In this document: in pieces, positions 60,514-64,000 of the stretch
How the letters are laid out: each line of letters begins with the position of its first letter
How positions within the stretch are numbered: the stretch's first letter is position 1
Source of the DNA: Candidatus Helarchaeota archaeon
GTDB taxonomy: Archaea > Asgardarchaeota > Lokiarchaeia > Helarchaeales > RDOG01
NCBI GenBank assembly: GCA_019058315.1
Contig: JAHPZH010000007.1
Location: forward strand, 1 to 64,000
Direction of reading: 5' to 3'
Length of the DNA: 64,000 nt
Notes under the pieces: model-generated
Database searches by the model: none
What the model saw: the letters and a program-made list of their open reading frames with translations, nothing else
Told to the model about the DNA's origin: nothing
Program-made: the position numbers and the translations under genes

Positions 60514-63500
60514 TTAAAAAACTGAAGGTGCTTTTTTTCTTTTATCCTTATCTTCTTCCTTTTTCTTAACAGGTTGTTCTGAGACTAATTTTTTCTTTTC
60601 CACTTCTTTTATCTTTCTCACTCGATTTAATAATAGAACCATTATTAATATAATTGAAATAAATGGGAGAACATAAAGTAATAAAATGTTAGGAATGGAC
60701 ATAATTACTTCTGTTATATAAAGCCTTGAATATTTCAATTCAAGTCCATTATCTGAGAATAGATAAACTTGGATATGGAGATATTTTAGACCTATATCCC
60801 ATGGTAAGGTTTTAAATAGACAAGGAATTGCCATAACTTTAGAAGCAAAAGCATCAATATGTGAACTTATGAGCATTGGTTGAAATCCACCAGTGCCAAA
60901 AACACCAATTACAACACGAACTGGTGTAGATCGATAATTTTCAATCTCTACTGTAAGTAAAGTGGTTTGATCTTGGTAGAGGGCCACTGGAGTCACTATT
61001 GTACCTACTTCTAAGTCAGGAGTAACCTTAATTGAGAAATAATAATCTATTGAATAATTAACCCAAGAAACCTTAATATTTCCTGAATATTCACCATAAG
61101 GAACTAAATTTTTTACAGATAAAGGAATATAAAAATAAGATTCGGCATTTGGGGATAAAGTCTCATTCATTTCAACGTAATCTAAAGCCTCTGGCAGAAA
61201 TATCTCTAATGTAAAATTTAAATCTACTAATAATTTTTGATTTTTTACTTTTATAATTGCATAACGTAGATCTCCCTCTGCGATTTGAGTTGGAATTCCC
61301 ATTCTTTCTGGATCTGTAGAATTTTTAACATCTACTAAAAGAGTTTCATTACTTATGTATTTATCTTGAAAATACAAATTTGTTATTAATTTATAATCTT
61401 CTTTAGGAATTGTTCTCTCATCTAATTTTACAAGAACAATTTGTTTAGTATATCCTACGTCTACTAAATAATTAATTAGTGATGAATTTGTGATAAAAAT
61501 ATCCCCATGAGCAGTCAAATTAACCACTGCAGCCTCTCTTCTATCATTTTTTAGAGTAAGATTGCATTGTAAAAAGTCTCCTTGAGCCACATCATCAGTT
61601 AGACTGTCTATATAGGCAATATAAATTCCATAACCTACTTGGATATACATTTTAGTCACTGCACTAGCGTACCACATTTTAGGTTCAGTATTTGAAGGTC
61701 CACTTGTTGCAGTAATTGTAACATTATAAATTCCGATTGCCTCATCTATATTCCTAGTAGGTCCAAATGATATTGTTGCTACTCCATCCTTAGTAGTTAT
61801 GAACGTTCTATTAACATAAAGAGAACCATCAGGATTTAAAACTATAAAATTTACTCTTGCATTTGGGATTGGGGTAGAAGGTTTTCCTAGAAAAAAATCA
61901 GAGCTTCCATATGTCACATTTATAGTGATTCTATCCTCTCCTAAAATAAATTCCTTCCAACGTAAATAATTATCTTCATGAATTACTACATCTGATAATA
62001 CTCTTTTATTTTTTATAGCAATTGGTGAAGTCGGAAAGCCAAGTAGTTGATAATCTAGAGTGGTTTCTAATCTTTGTAGATATCGAACGTTCCATAATGC
62101 AGGACTAGAAGAATTAATTCCAAAAATACAAAAAATAATTTTTTCTGCATTTGAAATATTGATATATTCACCAATATAGAAATTATTACCGCTTGAGTTA
62201 AAGGTAGCATTCACTCTATAAATAAAACTCTGGTAAGTTATGCCTTCTATTGTATCAAGACCTATTATATTCAAAGTTACATTTGCATCTGTTATATTAT
62301 CTGTAAGATTATAATACAAAGATAAAGTCACATTCATAATTTCTCCATTAGGAGGATCTGTACTAGGAATAAAATCTGTGTCATCAGTTAACCAAGGTGT
62401 AGTAGTATCATTCCAATAAGTTGAATTAATTAAATTAAAGAATTTTACTAAACATTTAATTAATAAAGCGTTTGAATCAAGAATAGAGTATGAATATTGT
62501 GGTCTGATAAAATTTGTTTTATTGACGTTGTCTCTATACCCGAAGAAGTATATTATTTCATCTTGAAACTGAAAATTGAGATAGAACGAATTTATATTAT
62601 TCATAATCTTTTCTGCTTGATAATATATTGTATGATTTTGAGTAATTTTAAAAAGTTCAATAAAAGCTAATAGTGCCCAAGCATTTGATATGGAATTTTT
62701 AGATGTTTCCTGCTCTGAAAGAGGTAAAGACCAATTTGCAAAAAGATATGGATAAAAACCAGTATCATTAGAATCCCAGAGATATCTGAACATTAAATTT
62801 GCGAGATATTCAGACTGATTCAGAAAAGCTGTATTGTTTAAAATTTCATAAAATTTTATTAGACTTAGAATTCCGAGAGCATTAGCTTGAGTTTCTTTAT
62901 AGCTTAATGTAAGATTCCAAGCTCCTTCTGAATTTGGATTTAATGAAAGATAACCTCCTCCATTCGATGCATTCTTATCCCAGATTTCTTTAGTGGTATT
63001 TAATAAATAAAAAGTTTCATTTGCCATTTTAAAAGCATTTTGTGTAATATTCGAATTAATTTCACTAGTCTGATTTATTTGTAAGGCAGCTAAAATCGTC
63101 AAAAAATTACCAGCTATATCCCTTGTCTCATTCGAAAACGATTTATTTGTATTTATGTAACCATAATTTATAGGATCCCAAAATGTAGCATTAAGATATA
63201 ACCAAGTTTCATTTGCCCTCCTTAAATAATCCGAATTTCCAGTCTGATTATATAACTCTAATAAAGTTAAGACTGCAAACGCATTATCAACTAATCGAGT
63301 TTCATTTAAAGGATTTTTTAGATCGGTACCACATCTTTCTATAAATCCAGTCACATTAGCTTCGACAATACTATTATTAATATAAACACTTTGATTAGCT
63401 CTTAATTTGATATTTAAAAAACTATAAACCCTATCAATAAATGTGTCATAAGTGTTATTTTCATACCAGGAACGGGCATACATAATAGGACCCATTAGCT

Positions 63501-64000
63501 GATATAAGCTGGAAATTGATTCTAAAATCATAAAATTATTGTAAGCATATTTATTTTCTGTATCTAAACCTTGAAGAAATCCATCAGCATAATCTTCATC
63601 TGTCCAAAAAGTTTGTGTCAACCAAGTTAAAGTATCTTGAGCAATTTGGATGTAAGTCGGAAATTTTCTATAGAATTTAAAAATATAAAATCCCGCTGTG
63701 AAACTTGATTTATTAAAAATTAATATATTAACAGAAATAGTATAGCTTAATCTTGATACATTTATTGTAGTTTTATAGATATTATCCACAATATTAACAA
63801 AATTAAAAACCTGATCTATACCAATTATAATTGCAAAGGCAGTTGCATTTTGAAGTGGAATACCCTCATCATCAAAAATTTCAATTTCAATTTCATATAA
63901 ATCTTCAATTTTTCCTGTTATTTTCTGTTCAACTATAAAATTATTTGCTACTGGTGGATCTTTTAAATTCAATCGTATTTTATATAAATTAGTTAACGCT
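60514..64000 (-). CDS. Large surface glycoprotein with (alpha/alpha)6 GH76/AGE-like region and C-terminal TM anchor; 5' end outside window
   Basis: DNAFAVLTLLELYNQTG...YL..A...FWD repeats; many NxS/T sites; TM plus basic tail; frame open to window end. Confidence 0.75.
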   Translation of the reverse strand, partial: ALTNLYKIRLNLKDPPVANNFIVEQKITGKIEDLYEIEIEIFDDEGIPLQNATAFAIIIGIDQVFNFVNIVDNIYKTTINVSRLSYTISVNILIFNKSSFTAGFYIFKFYRKFPTYIQIAQDTLTWLTQTFWTDEDYADGFLQGLDTENKYAYNNFMILESISSLYQLMGPIMYARSWYENNTYDTFIDRVYSFLNIKLRANQSVYINNSIVEANVTGFIERCGTDLKNPLNETRLVDNAFAVLTLLELYNQTGNSDYLRRANETWLYLNATFWDPINYGYINTNKSFSNETRDIAGNFLTILAALQINQTSEINSNITQNAFKMANETFYLLNTTKEIWDKNASNGGGYLSLNPNSEGAWNLTLSYKETQANALGILSLIKFYEILNNTAFLNQSEYLANLMFRYLWDSNDTGFYPYLFANWSLPLSEQETSKNSISNAWALLAFIELFKITQNHTIYYQAEKIMNNINSFYLNFQFQDEIIYFFGYRDNVNKTNFIRPQYSYSILDSNALLIKCLVKFFNLINSTYWNDTTTPWLTDDTDFIPSTDPPNGEIMNVTLSLYYNLTDNITDANVTLNIIGLDTIEGITYQSFIYRVNATFNSSGNNFYIGEYINISNAEKIIFCIFGINSSSPALWNVRYLQRLETTLDYQLLGFPTSPIAIKNKRVLSDVVIHEDNYLRWKEFILGEDRITINVTYGSSDFFLGKPSTPIPNARVNFIVLNPDGSLYVNRTFITTKDGVATISFGPTRNIDEAIGIYNVTITATSGPSNTEPKMWYASAVTKMYIQVGYGIYIAYIDSLTDDVAQGDFLQCNLTLKNDRREAAVVNLTAHGDIFITNSSLINYLVDVGYTKQIVLVKLDERTIPKEDYKLITNLYFQDKYISNETLLVDVKNSTDPERMGIPTQIAEGDLRYAIIKVKNQKLLVDLNFTLEIFLPEALDYVEMNETLSPNAESYFYIPLSVKNLVPYGEYSGNIKVSWVNYSIDYYFSIKVTPDLEVGTIVTPVALYQDQTTLLTVEIENYRSTPVRVVIGVFGTGGFQPMLISSHIDAFASKVMAIPCLFKTLPWDIGLKYLHIQVYLFSDNGLELKYSRLYITEVIMSIPNILLLYVLPFISIILIMVLLLNRVRKIKEVEKKKLVSEQPVKKKEEDKDKRKKAPSVF

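Overview
AT-rich archaeal chromosomal window, most consistent with an Asgard archaeon (Loki/Hel-like). The evidence is a single-domain gelsolin, two Roadblock-type proteins, an EMC6-like membrane protein, and the archaeal riboflavin synthase and GPN GTPase. Two housekeeping arms flank an accessory block. The left arm holds the rib operon, moaA, a GlcD-like oxidase and a GPN GTPase. The right arm holds a ThiI-like gene, nadC, AMMECR1, pyrC, rqcH, KaiC-like and nnr. The ~25.5 kb block between them (16.5-42.0 kb) has no housekeeping genes. Its centrepiece is a 2766-aa single ORF (39292-30992, minus strand). This ORF reads as a Hel308/Ski2-like SF2 helicase, then wHTH, Zn fingers, a complete Cas1 integrase domain with its catalytic E/H/D residues, a DHH phosphoesterase, and a catalytically dead RadA-like domain. 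It sits with a standalone RadA paralog, a HEPN protein, TPR and giant HEAT-repeat proteins, a free-standing LAGLIDADG nuclease, and a tandem Zn-ribbon PD-(D/E)xK nuclease. No CRISPR array, cas2, PolB, terminal inverted repeats, tRNA or rRNA was seen. A conserved TGCGCA-(35 nt with TATA box)-TGCGCA promoter occurs both at the island edge (42016-42062) and 40 kb away (1369-1415). All family calls come from reading motifs by eye; no database searches were run.
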